From: the human T2T-CHM13v2.0 reference genome, Homo sapiens
Length of the DNA stretch: 64,000 bases
Assembly: GCF_009914755.1 (NCBI RefSeq)
Contig: NC_060941.1
Direction: 5' to 3' (one strand)
A program made the translations under genes and the position numbers. Shown here piece by piece: positions 1-18,905 of this stretch (its first letter is position 1; every line of letters starts with the position of its first letter). The notes under the pieces were generated by a model that saw only the letters and a list, made by a program, of their open reading frames with translations, was not told the origin of the DNA and ran no database searches.

Positions 1-482
1 GTCTCTACAAAAAATTAAAAAATTGGCGAGGTGTGGTATTGCCTGCCTGTAATACCAGCTACTCAGGAGGCTGAAAATCAGTTGAACCCAGGAGGCGGAG
101 GTTGTAGTGAACCAAGATTGCGCCACTGCACCCCAACCAGGGTGACAGAATGAGACTCTGTCTCAAAAAAAAAAAAAAAAAAGAACATGATCTGGACAAT
201 TCGTTTGGGGGATCCATGTTCCCCAACAATGTCACATAAGACAAAATGTGAGACCACCAGAAACCTATGAAGCTTCCATGTTCTCGGTGAATACATGGTT
301 AGCAGACATCAATGGTAACCCTGTCTTTAAAGATGAAAAAAATCAGCCTAGCTTTGTAGGATCATGCAGAACTGGCCTTTCCTTTAGAAAGATTACCAGC
401 CTCAGGAACCACAACTCCCACAGTGCACCAAGAAGAGGAAGTACTGGTTTCAGAGCTGTCTCAGTGCCTTTATCTTTTAAAA

Positions 483-501
483 CAGTGCCATCTGGTGGGC
501 C
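483..501 (-). promoter_or_regulatory. Candidate CTCF site in ATPAF2 intron 1
   Basis: Minus strand GGCCCACCAGATGGCACTG matches the CCASYAGRKGGCRS core. Confidence 0.6.
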
Positions 502-597
502 TTAAACCTTAAAGGTGAAATTCTAACTCCAGGGCCATCTGTAATCCTAGGGCGGCTCTAACCAACTCTTTTCAGGTATCAAAATTCTTCAGCCCAA

Positions 598-2367
<1,770 letters not shown>

Positions 2368-2393
2368 TCCTTCAGGCCAAATGTATAACATTT

Positions 2394-2580
2394 AGCAAAC
2401 TTTTTCTGCAAAGAATCAGATAGTAAATATTCTAAGCTTTGCAAGCCATACAATATCTGTTCCAACTATTCAACTCTGCCACTGTAGTGAAAGTAGCCAT
2501 AGATGATATGTAAATGAATGCATGTGGCTGTGTTCCAATAAAACTCTATTTACAAAAACAGGTGGCAGGCTGGACCCTGA
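2394..2580 (+). mobile_element. MER58A-like hAT-Charlie DNA transposon fossil
   Basis: gcaaactttttctg...agatagtaaatatt...ggctgtgttccaataaaact...tttacaaaaacagg. Confidence 0.8.
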
Positions 2581-3095
2581 TCTACAGACTACATAATCTC
2601 CCTCAATCCACACCACTATTCTATGAGGATGACAAGGCAGCTAATGCCTCGGAGGTGATAGAGAAGCTAAACATCTTGTCTTGGTGACAGACAACTGGTA
2701 AATAGCAGAGACAAGACTTCTAGCCTTGACTTCATTAGGCAGTTGCATTCAGCCAGATACGCTGAATAGATAGGTTTCTCCAGAACACCTGCCACTCTGG
2801 GAGTCAATAGACCTCTGATAAGCTGGTGCAGAACTAAACTGCCACAACAACCTCATATAGGTCTTCTTGTTGCAATATCTCCTTCTCCAACACCTCAGTG
2901 ACCCTTTCGTAAACTCCTCCTCTCCTTCTGATAACCTTCAATGGCATGGCCATTCCTAAGTGGCCAAGTTCAATCAGCTTGCTGACTGAAGTGTTCATTG
3001 AGAAGAACCCACTGCGGTTTAATCTTCTACTACTTCAAATACGCACAAATATCTCACAACTAGTAAGGTCTTTAGAGAGAACACGTGGGGGTCGG

Positions 3096-4457
<1,362 letters not shown>

Positions 4458-5683
4458 CTAGTACTTCAACGCATGGAGAAAAATGAGGAAGTAGTTGCAT
4501 GCCCAAGATCACACAGACCTCAGAGCTTCAGCCAGCATCAGATCCTAGATTTGCACTCCTGCCACAATGCCAAACTGCCTGTGAAGTTCTGGATTTTCTA
4601 AAACAGGCAGTGTCAGGGAAAAGTCCCTCATACCTTGCTGTCACCCTGGACACGTTCTAGATACCCAACACTCTCCCACCTTTTTGCTGAACTCCTACTC
4701 ATCTATCATGGCTCAGCTTAAACAAACGCCCTTTCACCCAAGACCCATTCTAAACCCTGAACATCCCCAAGATGGGAGTAAGCGATTCTCTGTGTTCTCA
4801 CAGTTTCTTTGTATGTCCCTTATCAGGATATTATAAACCACAATTTAATCAGGATATTATAACCTTTTGCAATGAACAGTGAACATCATTCAGGTGGGCC
4901 TTTTTCTTCTTTAATTGAGCTTCTCTACCAATACATACAGGTGGGTCTTAAAGACAACCGTGCCTCCTGCCTCCAGCACAATAAAACTAATTGAATGGTG
5001 GGAGGGTGTTACTGCTCTTCATTCACTGAAATGAGTCATTCTCACTCTTACCCTGACACCACTCACCATCAGCAATGAAAGAGCCACTACTTCTAAGCTT
5101 CATCAGAGTTGGAGGTGGAGGTGACTCCACAGTCAGAGGTGGAGGTGTCAATTTCTATTTAGGAGAGAAGGCTGCAGATGGCAGAGGTTGTGGTAGGAGG
5201 GAAAGTCAGGAAACCTGCAGCAGAAGTGCCCGGGATGGAGGAATGAAGGCCCAGGTTCTAGGTCCCTTCTGGGCAGGTCTTGTGTTGGGCAGTGGAGACA
5301 CGGAAAACAGTCAGACAGACACCACAAACCTCTGAGAGAGTCTGCCTGTAACCCAGACGAAGTCCTGATTCAGAGCCCAAACTTCCCCTTTTGAAAACAA
5401 AGATGACACCTGCTTTCCTTATTAAAGGGAGGGCAGCCATAAGCTTTGAGAAAACCTGCACAGGCCAAATATCAATTACTGTATCGTGCGTGACTCGCTG
5501 TTCCCTCTCGGGTCGTCTGCCCTTGTCTGGGCTTCACTTTCTCATCTGTAAAAAGACCTGACTGGCCTGCATAACCTCATGAGCCTGAACCCTGCCTCAG
5601 TTACTTCGCTTTGCACAGCCGAAGCCCGAAGCCCACCTTACCCCAGCTCGGCCCCAACCCAAAAGAACATGTCATGGTCTTAC

Positions 5684-5816
5684 CTGTCGGCGGGGCGTAA
5701 GCCCGGGCTGGAGACGGGATGGTTGGCCCCGGACTCATAGAAGCGCTGGGGCCACCCGCCGGCCGATTCAGGAGACGGCGTCCCCCGTCCCGCAGCCGGA
5801 GGCAGCTCCTCCACAT
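5684..5816 (-). CDS. ATPAF2: ATPAF2 coding exon 1 (ATP synthase F1 assembly factor 2 / ATP12 homolog; mitochondrial presequence). Later exons lie left of the window
   Basis: Encodes MWRSCLRLRDGGRRLLNRPAGGPSASMSPGPTIPSPARAYAPPT, the recognised human ATPAF2 N-terminus. ATG at 5816; donor CAG|GTAAGA after 5684 (133 nt, phase 1). Confidence 0.96.
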
Positions 5817-5954
5817 CGCGCCCGAGGGTCTGGGAAGATGCGAGACGCGAAACCTGGAGCAGGAAACACAGAGCGATGGGATCCCCAAAGCCGCACGGTC
5901 GGGCTGTACGGAAACCTCTCAACGCCTCCTCAGAGCCCTCAACCTCCCTTGGAC

Positions 5955-5966
5955 GCCGCCATCTTC
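5955..5966 (-). promoter_or_regulatory. YY1 site / TISU element (GAAGATGGCGGC)
   Basis: Exact match to SAASATGGCGGC on the ATPAF2 strand. Confidence 0.75.
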
Positions 5967-6082
5967 CGCATGACACCTACGGCGCGCCGTCGCCGCCGCG
6001 CGCCTCCTGCGCACACCCCCAGTCAATCAGCATCACAAACGCACCTCGCCCCGCCCCCTCCACGCCGCGCCTCGGCGAGGAG

Positions 6083-6096
6083 ACTACAAGTCCCAG
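6083..6096 (+). promoter_or_regulatory. ZNF143 / THAP11-HCF1 motif (ACTACAnnTCCCAG)
   Basis: ACTACAAGTCCCAG; motif typical of bidirectional housekeeping promoters. Confidence 0.8.
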
Positions 6097-6117
6097 CGGG
6101 CTGCTCGCGCACCGCGC

Positions 6118-6209
6118 CACGTGTTTTCTCCTCCCGCCAATGGGCGGAAGCGCCGCCTGAGCCTGCTCCCGCCCCCCAGGCTCGCCTGAGCCAATCGGAA
6201 GGGGCGGGG
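6118..6209 (+). promoter_or_regulatory. Promoter motif cluster: E-box CACGTG (6118), E2F-like TCCCGCC (6132), CCAAT boxes (6137, 6191), ETS GCGGAAG (6144), GC box GGGGCGGGG (6201)
   Basis: Direct motif matches inside the CpG island; occupancy not shown. Confidence 0.65.
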
Positions 6210-6274
6210 TGTGTGTGTGTCTGTGTGTGTTTGTGTGTTGTGTGTCTGTGAGTGTCTGTGTGTGTGTATGTGTG
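6209..6274 (+). repeat. Degenerate (GT)n microsatellite overlapping the first GID4 ATG
   Basis: gtgtgtgtgtgtctgtgtgtgtttgtgtgttgtgtgtctgtgagtgtctgtgtgtgtgtATGtgtg. Confidence 0.95.
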
Positions 6275-6705
6275 CGCGAGGGCAAGTCGGGAGGGGGACC
6301 CAGCTCAGGACTGGGAGGCCCTGCTCGCAGGTCCCTGGGTCCCGGTGGCGGCCGGAGCGCTTGCTCCGCAGGCAGCGGGCGGGTGGTCGCCCCTCCCGCC
6401 CCCACCCCGCGCGTGCGCGCCCCGGCCTCTCCCTCCCCGCCACCCTCCTCGGCTCCCGCGCGGCGGCGGCGGTTCCTCTCCCACTCCCCCCAGCCCTGGC
6501 TCCGGGGGACCCCGCGATGCCGGTCCGCACCGAGTGTCCCCCGCCGGCCGGTGCCTCCGCTGCCTCCGCGGCCTCACTCATCCCGCCGCCGCCCATCAAC
6601 ACCCAGCAGCCCGGCGTGGCCACCAGCCTGCTCTACAGCGGCTCCAAGTTCCGCGGCCACCAGAAGAGCAAGGGGAACTCGTACGACGTAGAGGTGGTGC
6701 TGCAG
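6268..6705 (+). CDS. GID4: GID4 exon 1 (aa 1-146; second in-frame ATG, M84, at 6517)
   Basis: [10 protein letters not shown]...[10 protein letters not shown]...[26 protein letters not shown]; donor CAG|GTGAG; 438 nt, phase 0. Confidence 0.93.
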
Positions 6706-8984
6706 GTGAGCGCCGGGCCGGGCCGGGGCCCGAGGGCCTCCTCGCGGCGCTCACGGGCCGTGCCCGCTTCGGCTCCTCGACCCCGCAGCCGCGGAACAGG
6801 CCCTCGCCGCCGGGGCCTCCTGCACCCGGCGCTTCCCACCCGGGACCTTCCCAGCCTGTGTCTCACACTCTCCGAGCCCCAGCCCTGACCTGCCCCTTCG
6901 GACCCAGAGCCCGTCGTGACCGGCTCCTGGCGGACCCCGAACACTCCCAGACTTGAAGCCCGTGACCGGCCCGTCTGGGATCCGGAAGCCCCTCATGACT
7001 CGGAGAAGGCCTGGGTCCTTCCTCCCCATGACCTGTCGTCCCTAGATCAGGGACTGCCACCAGCCCTTTTCAGACCCTGAAGAACTCTCCATTGGTTTCA
7101 CCAGACTTGGGACCCTCCCCATGTCTGGGCCCACGTCAGATTCTCTCAGACCTGAGACATGTCCTCCTGCCCCTTCCTCAGTTCCAGGAATCCGCAGACC
7201 TTGGGGTCTTCCTCCTCCTGAGATCTCCTTAGGAGGGCTTCATCAGACCCCCAGACGGGGGAGCACCTAACCCGCAACTGATTGGTCAGGCCCTGGCCTC
7301 ACCTCAAGACCAGGCACTCACTCCCTGAGTGCTGCTCACAGTCTGTTGGGATGTTGCCTCCTGGGTCCCCTGTTCCACTCACTGCTTCTGTCTCTTCATG
7401 GTCCAGGCACCCAGCTCCTTCCAGCTTCTCCACCCCCAGGCCTCCTGCCCCTGCTCTGGGACCATTTGCAGTCTTTTCCCAGTCTTCCTGGCCTCTATCC
7501 AGACTTCCCCACCCCATACCTTCGTCTTGCTCGATCCTGGTTCCAGGGGACCCTCTTTCCTGTTCTTAACTTTTCTCTACACAGGCACAGGGCTTCCTCT
7601 TAGTCTCTGGTACCCATGTACTGGGAAATCTAACTCACCCAATTTTAGTTCATGTCCAGTCGCCTCCCCCCATTTGACCTGGATTCCTGAATACCTGCTG
7701 CCAGTCCCTGATCAGCTTCGGAAGTACAGCTTCACTTGTCTGGGCCTTTCCCACACCTCACTCCTCTCAGGCTTGACACTTTTTGCCAGCTGAAATGGAG
7801 TGGCAGTGGTGAATACTCTTTTATCTCCCCTCCCCACAAAACTCTTCCTCCTCTATACCTACCCCTGCCTGACTAAGGACCCCTTTCCCCTTCCCTTTGC
7901 CCTTTTTTTCCTTAGTCTGACACCTCATCTGCCAGGCTGTTCCCAGAAGCCCCTCCAAACACCTGTCCCTCTGAAAGGCACTGTGTGCTGCCCCACTGCC
8001 TCCCCCCCGCCCCACCCCCCGGGGTGTGAGGGTGGAATGTACAGTATATTTATTCCTCAAGCTCTCCTTTTGGTCATTTAAAACAAATCTTAGTTTCACT
8101 TCTGAAGAGTAGGTCTCCCATCCAAAAGACAATGAGGGTGCCTTTTCTTTCTGCTAACTGCGGAGCACTCATCACTCTTTTATTCTCATACTGCTTTGTG
8201 GGAATAAATCATTTTCTCTGCTTACTTGAAACAGCATCGTCATGTTAATCATATCTTTGGGCTGTAAAGTTCTATCATGAGCCACGATAGTTATTATAAT
8301 GGAAATACGATTGTGGCTGAAATATTTTTGTCTTCATAACTGTATGCCTAATGTAGTGATCCTCTTCTTAAAATGTGAGAGTCGAGTATGAAGGTACAGG
8401 GGTTTTTCGGTTTGTTTTGCACCTAGTCATAGAATTCTGGAGGTGAGATCCCTGGGTGGGTCACGTTTGGGATGATCTTGGATTTGTCCCTGTTGTTCAG
8501 TTTGATGGTTTCTGATGTAGTAGGGGACAATTGGCAAGATAGCCAGGCGTCAAAGGGGAGTCTGCTTTGGCTACTGCAGCAACTGCTGCTCCCTTCTGTC
8601 ATTAGGGTATCACTTCTGAGCTCCTTTCAGAAGGAGAATCATGAACCAGGGGAAGCAGTGGTTGAGTTGGGGCAGGGCTGATAGGTCTCAGGCAGCCCAG
8701 AGCAGAAACCTGGTGGATGGCTGGGAGCCACTTGAGTAAGATGTCTGATGGTGGGGGTGGTGGTCATGCCAATGAATGCTGCCCTACATCTGGATTGGTG
8801 AGCTGCTTGGTCATCATCACGACTAGTCAGTGGCATGTGAATTGCCCCATCATCTGGTTTTTCAGCCAGGACTAGTTTGTCAGACACAGCCTTCTTAGAC
8901 TTAAAATACTTCTGCCTTTTATAACTCAGCTTCTTTTTGTTTGTTTTGTTTTGTTTTCTTTCTTTCTTTTTGTATCTTTATTTA

Positions 8985-9720
8985 GATAGAATTCACTTAT
9001 TTAAGGTGTACAATTCAATAGTTTTTAGTATATTCACAGTTGTTTAACCACCACCACAACCTAATTTTAGAATATTTTCATCACCCCAAAAGGAAACCTT
9101 GTATGTAACCCTTAGCCATAACCCCCACTCCAATCCTAGGCAACTGCTCATCTATTTTTGTTGTTGTTTGTCTATTCTGGACATTTCATATAATCACATA
9201 GTATTTGTCCTTTTGAGATTGGCTTCCTTCACTTAGCATAATGTCCTCAAGGTTCATCCATATGGTAATATGTATCAGCACTTATATTCCTTTTTATTTT
9301 GCATTGTTCATTGTAACAATTGTCCATTGAATGGATATACAACATTTTGTTTATACAGTGATCAGTTGATGGACATTTGGGTTGTTTCCACTTCTGGCTA
9401 CTATGAATAATACTGCTATGAACATTTATGTACAAGTTTTTATGTGGATGTATATTTCACTTTGGTAGATAACTACCTGGGAGTGCAATTGCTGGGTCAC
9501 ATGGTAACTGGGTTTTAACATTTTGAGAAACTGGCCCTGCATTGTTTTACATTTCCACCAGCAGTGGGTGAGGGTTCCAGTTTCTCCACATCCCCGCCAA
9601 CACTCACTGTTCATCTTTTTTGTTGTAGCCATCCTAGTGTTTTTGAAGTGGTCTCTCACTGTAGTCTTGATTTGAATTTCTATAATGACTGTGCTGTTGT
9701 GCATCTTTTCTTGTGTTTTT
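8985..9720 (-). mobile_element. Old L1M 3' fragment
   Basis: Reverse complement of L1M 3' end (tacaattcaatagtttttagtatattcacag; gttgatggacatttgggttgtttcca). Confidence 0.8.
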
Positions 9721-11949
9721 GTTGTTGTTGTTGTTTTGGAGTACTTTCTTTTCTGTGATTCTAGTGTAAAGAGTTCCTCAAACCTTTGTGAGTTTCTGAC
9801 TGGGTCTCCTCTCCACCCCGCACTTACTGTGACTCCTCTTTCCTCCTCTGCCATCTAAGAAGCCAGCAGTAGAAGGGAGCCCTGGTCGCTGTGAAAGGAA
9901 TATTTAAAAGAACAGCCGTTGGACACAGCTGTGCTGTGACACCTTCTTGCTAAACACGTGCCCTGTTATCTTTCTTGAGATGCTCGCCTGCCGTTTGGTA
10001 AAAGCTGTATGCGTTGTGGTGTATTTGAGTTCACCAACCATTATCAAGATCAATTTGGGCAGAGTAGAGAGACGCTTGGTTGAATGGAGGCCAAGCTGAA
10101 ATTCTGATTCTTGAGCATGTGATAATCCATGCAAAATGTTAGCCAATTTACATTTCAATTTTTAATCTTATTAGCAAGTATCCTTGCCACCTGATACACT
10201 TTTCAGCAGCTGTGAAACTCCAAACTATATTGAATTCAATGAGAATTGCATACATGAAATTTAAAGACTCAGGTTAGAATTATGTGTCCTTTAATAAAAG
10301 TTCTTTGCTGAACCATGTTAGCGTGGATTAGCTGTTTTAGATAATGTCCAGTGCCAAGGTCAGCAGATGAGGATATTTAAAATGCTTTGGCAGTTTTCAC
10401 AGGGAATACCTTTGTCACCAGCACCAAACTGTGAAGGCACTTTGGCTTCATTGAAGTTCATTTGCTTTGGTGCTGACATCATCTGGTTGACTAAGTTCAT
10501 TACAGTTTTTAAGCATGGCTTAGTATTTGATTTATGGTATAATTGGAAGTAATCAGGTTCACAAATCTGATAAATGCCACAAAACTATTCTAATTTCTTG
10601 AAATAAGACCTCACTTAACATTAAAATCTCAGTGTACCACAGGTACCCTTGTACTTGGTTTGCTTTAATTCAAGGATTTACCTTGTAAGTGAATCCAATT
10701 GTCATGAAATCTGAAACTCCCTATTCAGAATGAGTCTGTATAGATTTGGGTGAAATCTCACATCAGGAGGATTTTTGAGGTGACGTGGCTTCAGGTTGGT
10801 TAATTCAGAGGCCTACGATGGGCCCAGTTTTTTCCATCTTTCTAACTACCATCCTCAGCATTTCCTGGCCTGTTTCTCCCCTGTGGTCTAGATGTCTCCC
10901 CCAGGACTGGACACTCCATGCGGATACTGTCACCACTAGGGGACAAAAAAGCCATTTCTTCCTCATGCGCCTCTTCAAAAGCCAGGGATTTTTCACAGAT
11001 GCACTCAGGAGACTTACACATCTGATGAGCCAGAAATGGGTCACTCACCCCTAAATACATGACTTGCAAGGGGATAGGGACACCTGTGTGCCTTAGATCC
11101 ATCAGGTTGACCAAGTCTTACGTGGTAGGTAGGTACCAGAGCAAAAACTGGACCCTGCCAGCGTGAAAAAGGAGGAAATTGTTTGTTGGGTAGGCATCCG
11201 GCAGTGTCTCAGCAACCAGTAATTGGTGACTGCTAAACCTCAAAGTCTACTATGCCTGTTATTTCTATTTATTTTAGGCTCCTGACTCTTTTCATTAAGA
11301 AACACAGCATCCATATATAAAATGCACAGAGTGAACATTCACAATATAGTCAGACTTTTGGTTGGCATTTTGGTTCATAACTGAAGTTTATACCACATAA
11401 ATCTTTATAAGATGCCATTTCTGAACAGTCTGCCCATTTCATAAAGAGATAATGCAGGATGATGTTTAGTGTAAAAACTAGAAGAGGAGCAGACCTCCTA
11501 GACCAATGATTGAGCAATACAGAAATAGAAAAAGGCTTGAAAGACATTAGAAAGAAAGTCAAGCCTGAGGTTAGGGATGACACCACGTGTACAGGCAGAG
11601 ACAGAGGCCCTGTGCCCAGCAATGCTCAAGGTCTCTAGATGACCGGGAGACGTGTGTTGAAGATAGTACAGAAAATGAATTTGAGTGGGCACCCCATTTC
11701 AGAAAGACACTTCAGTCTCATGATATTCAGCTGAAGAAAGTTGAGAGGGTCTTGGGATCAGTTTGCTTTGGCAGAACAGGCATGTGTGTGGGGAGAACTT
11801 ATCAAGATTCCAGAGACTGGGTGAGCCTTGGACTGCCCTGGGTGTTCACTGACCACCAGTCTGGCCTCACAGGATTTGCAGAGTACCCTCCTGCATGTCC
11901 CCTAGTAAGTTTATCTATTTGTGACAGGCTGTGTATCCTTTCTTTTCAG

Positions 11950-12009
11950 CACGTGGACACGGGGAACTCTTACCTTTGTGGGTACTTGAAGATTAAAGGC
12001 CTTACTGAG
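11950..12009 (+). CDS. GID4: GID4 exon 2 ([20 protein letters not shown])
   Basis: Acceptor tcttttcag|CAC, donor GAG|GTAAGC; 60 nt, in frame with exon 1. Confidence 0.97.
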
Positions 12010-12419
12010 GTAAGCACTTGCTCACACAAACCAGCACTAGAAAGTCTGTGGTGTGCTCCACAGGCTCATTGGGGTTCAGGGCAGGCGGTCTCAACTCCTT
12101 GAGGCCTAATTAAAGCAGACTACTCCTGAGCATTGCTACTGTATAGGGAACATAAAACAGGCAGTTTCAGTGTGTCCTGTTGAGAAGTGTACAGATTCAC
12201 AAATGTTTTAAAGAAAAGTTTATAAGTACATCATAATTGTCACAACCAACACTATTGATTTTATTTTTAATCCTTTTTGGGGGAAAAAATAATAAGAATA
12301 TAGCTGCCACCCTCATCATAAGTTTAACAGTTTCTGAGATAAGCATCAGTCCTATAAAAAATGAGCTTTTAAGTTCTTTAAGCCTCTTAGTTAATTGGAA
12401 CAATGAAAAGTTACTGACT

Positions 12420-16165
<3,746 letters not shown>

Positions 16166-16239
16166 TCAAAAAAAAAAAAAAGGAGCTAAATGGCCTCTTA
16201 GCTACCTCACATTCACAAACAAGCACAGCTTTTTTGTTT

Positions 16240-17110
<871 letters not shown>

Positions 17111-18689
17111 AAACGGAGCTTTAAAGTTTGTTTTCATGCCTTCTGGAAGTGAAATTCTAGAAATGTAAAGAATAAATATGAAATAACATTCTTTTTGCAC
17201 TTTTGAGCCATCCGTCAGTCAAGAGAGGCGACCTTTCCGGGGAACCCAGCAGCTTTCAGGGGTTACCTGGGAGCCCAGCCTTTGGGGGCCATGGGCAGGC
17301 CCCCCACTTACTCATTACTTGGGTTTGGAAGGGTTGGAAGCTCCAGCTGAAGTTGTGCTAGACTTGTGCTTAACTAGGGAGACAGGTCACACCTACCAAA
17401 ACTCACAAAAACAAAAGTGCCAGTTTTTGTCAGAGAATGAGATTCCTGTATGTTCCAGAAGTTCCTGTTGACTTATTGGCCAATTGAATGTTAATCCTCC
17501 AGAAGACAGGTCTACATGGAAAGTCGTGGTACCTATCACCACACAGTTTTGGGTGAGCCTGGAATCAGTGGGAGGATTAGTTGGGGGACTTAAATGTCTG
17601 ACAACAGCCAGACCCACCAAGGGATGCCCACTCCTGCTTTTGCTGCCTCTGTTATTCATTTCTCGATATCCTTTCTTCTGACATGGTTTTTCGTCCGCTC
17701 TATAAATTACCCCTCATTGGGCTGTAATAAAGTGCTTGAATTTCCTGTTCCTGCTCTGAGAATATTTTATCTTTTCAGTGACTTCTGTACACACTGAATC
17801 TCATTTATTAGGTATTTATTTTATTTAATTCTCAAAGTTTGAGGGTACCCTGTAGTTACCCTGATATACTGCCTAAAGTATGTTTACAAAGAAGTCAATG
17901 CAGAATTATTCATTAAGAAAACTAGTGATTTAAACCATAAGTGTTTTAATCATATTAGGACCTCCTCCCCACCCCTCCCTTTTTTAAAAATAGAGACCGG
18001 GTCTTACTATGTTGCCCAAGCTGGTCTTGATCTCCTAGGCTCAAGTGATCCTCCTGTCTTGGCCCCCTAGAGTGCTGGCATTACAGGTGTGAGCCACCAG
18101 GCTTGGCCTTGTATTAAAACCTCTTTATCATTTCATCCTATCCCTTTCAAGGAAGTTCAGAAAAAAGATTAAAGCTTGAAACTCGGAAAAATAATATAAA
18201 CAGTTTGTAGTTGGCTGATGCCTGTAATCCCAGCACTTTGGGAGGCCGAGGCAGGTGGATCACGAGGTTAGGAGTTCAAGACCAGCCTGGCCAAGATGGT
18301 GAAACCCGTCTCTACTGAAAATACAAAAATTAGCCACACGTGGTGGTGGATACCTGTAATCCCAGCTACTCGGGAGGCTGAGACAGAGAATTGCTTGAAC
18401 CCGGGAGGCGGAGGTTGCAGTGAGCCAAGGTTGTACCACTGCACACCAGCCTGGGCGACAGAGCGAGACTCCATCTCAAAAAAAAAAAAAATAGCTTCTA
18501 GTTTAAAATCTCAAATGCAGGTGCTGATTTATTGAGAACTTTTTTCCTTAGTAGTCTTTCCTAGAACAGATTATAATTAAAAGTTAGTTTATACCGGCTG
18601 GGTGCGGTGGCTCACGCCTGTAATCCCAGCACTTTGGGAGGCCGAGGCGGGTGGATCATGAGGTCAGGAGATCAAGACCGTCCTGGCTA

Positions 18690-18905
<216 letters not shown>

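Larger units (their letters stand above)
5610..6990. promoter_or_regulatory. CpG island / bidirectional promoter of ATPAF2 and GID4
   Basis: Very GC- and CpG-rich; divergent ATGs only ~450 bp apart (5816 on -, 6268 on +); no TATA box seen. Confidence 0.93.

Noticed and set aside
4822-4864. Short direct repeat atcaggatattataa x2 (similar small duplications at ~16134-16187, ~33900-33930, ~36454-36490)
   Set aside because: Two-copy slippage products with no array or spacer structure; not CRISPR-like or otherwise organised
5680-7060. Long overlapping ORFs on both strands across the CpG island (e.g. 6252-6956 +, 6084-6623 -)
   Set aside because: Stop-codon scarcity in very GC-rich DNA; low-complexity Pro/Arg/Gly/Ala products. 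Only the ATPAF2 and GID4 frames match known proteins and splice correctly
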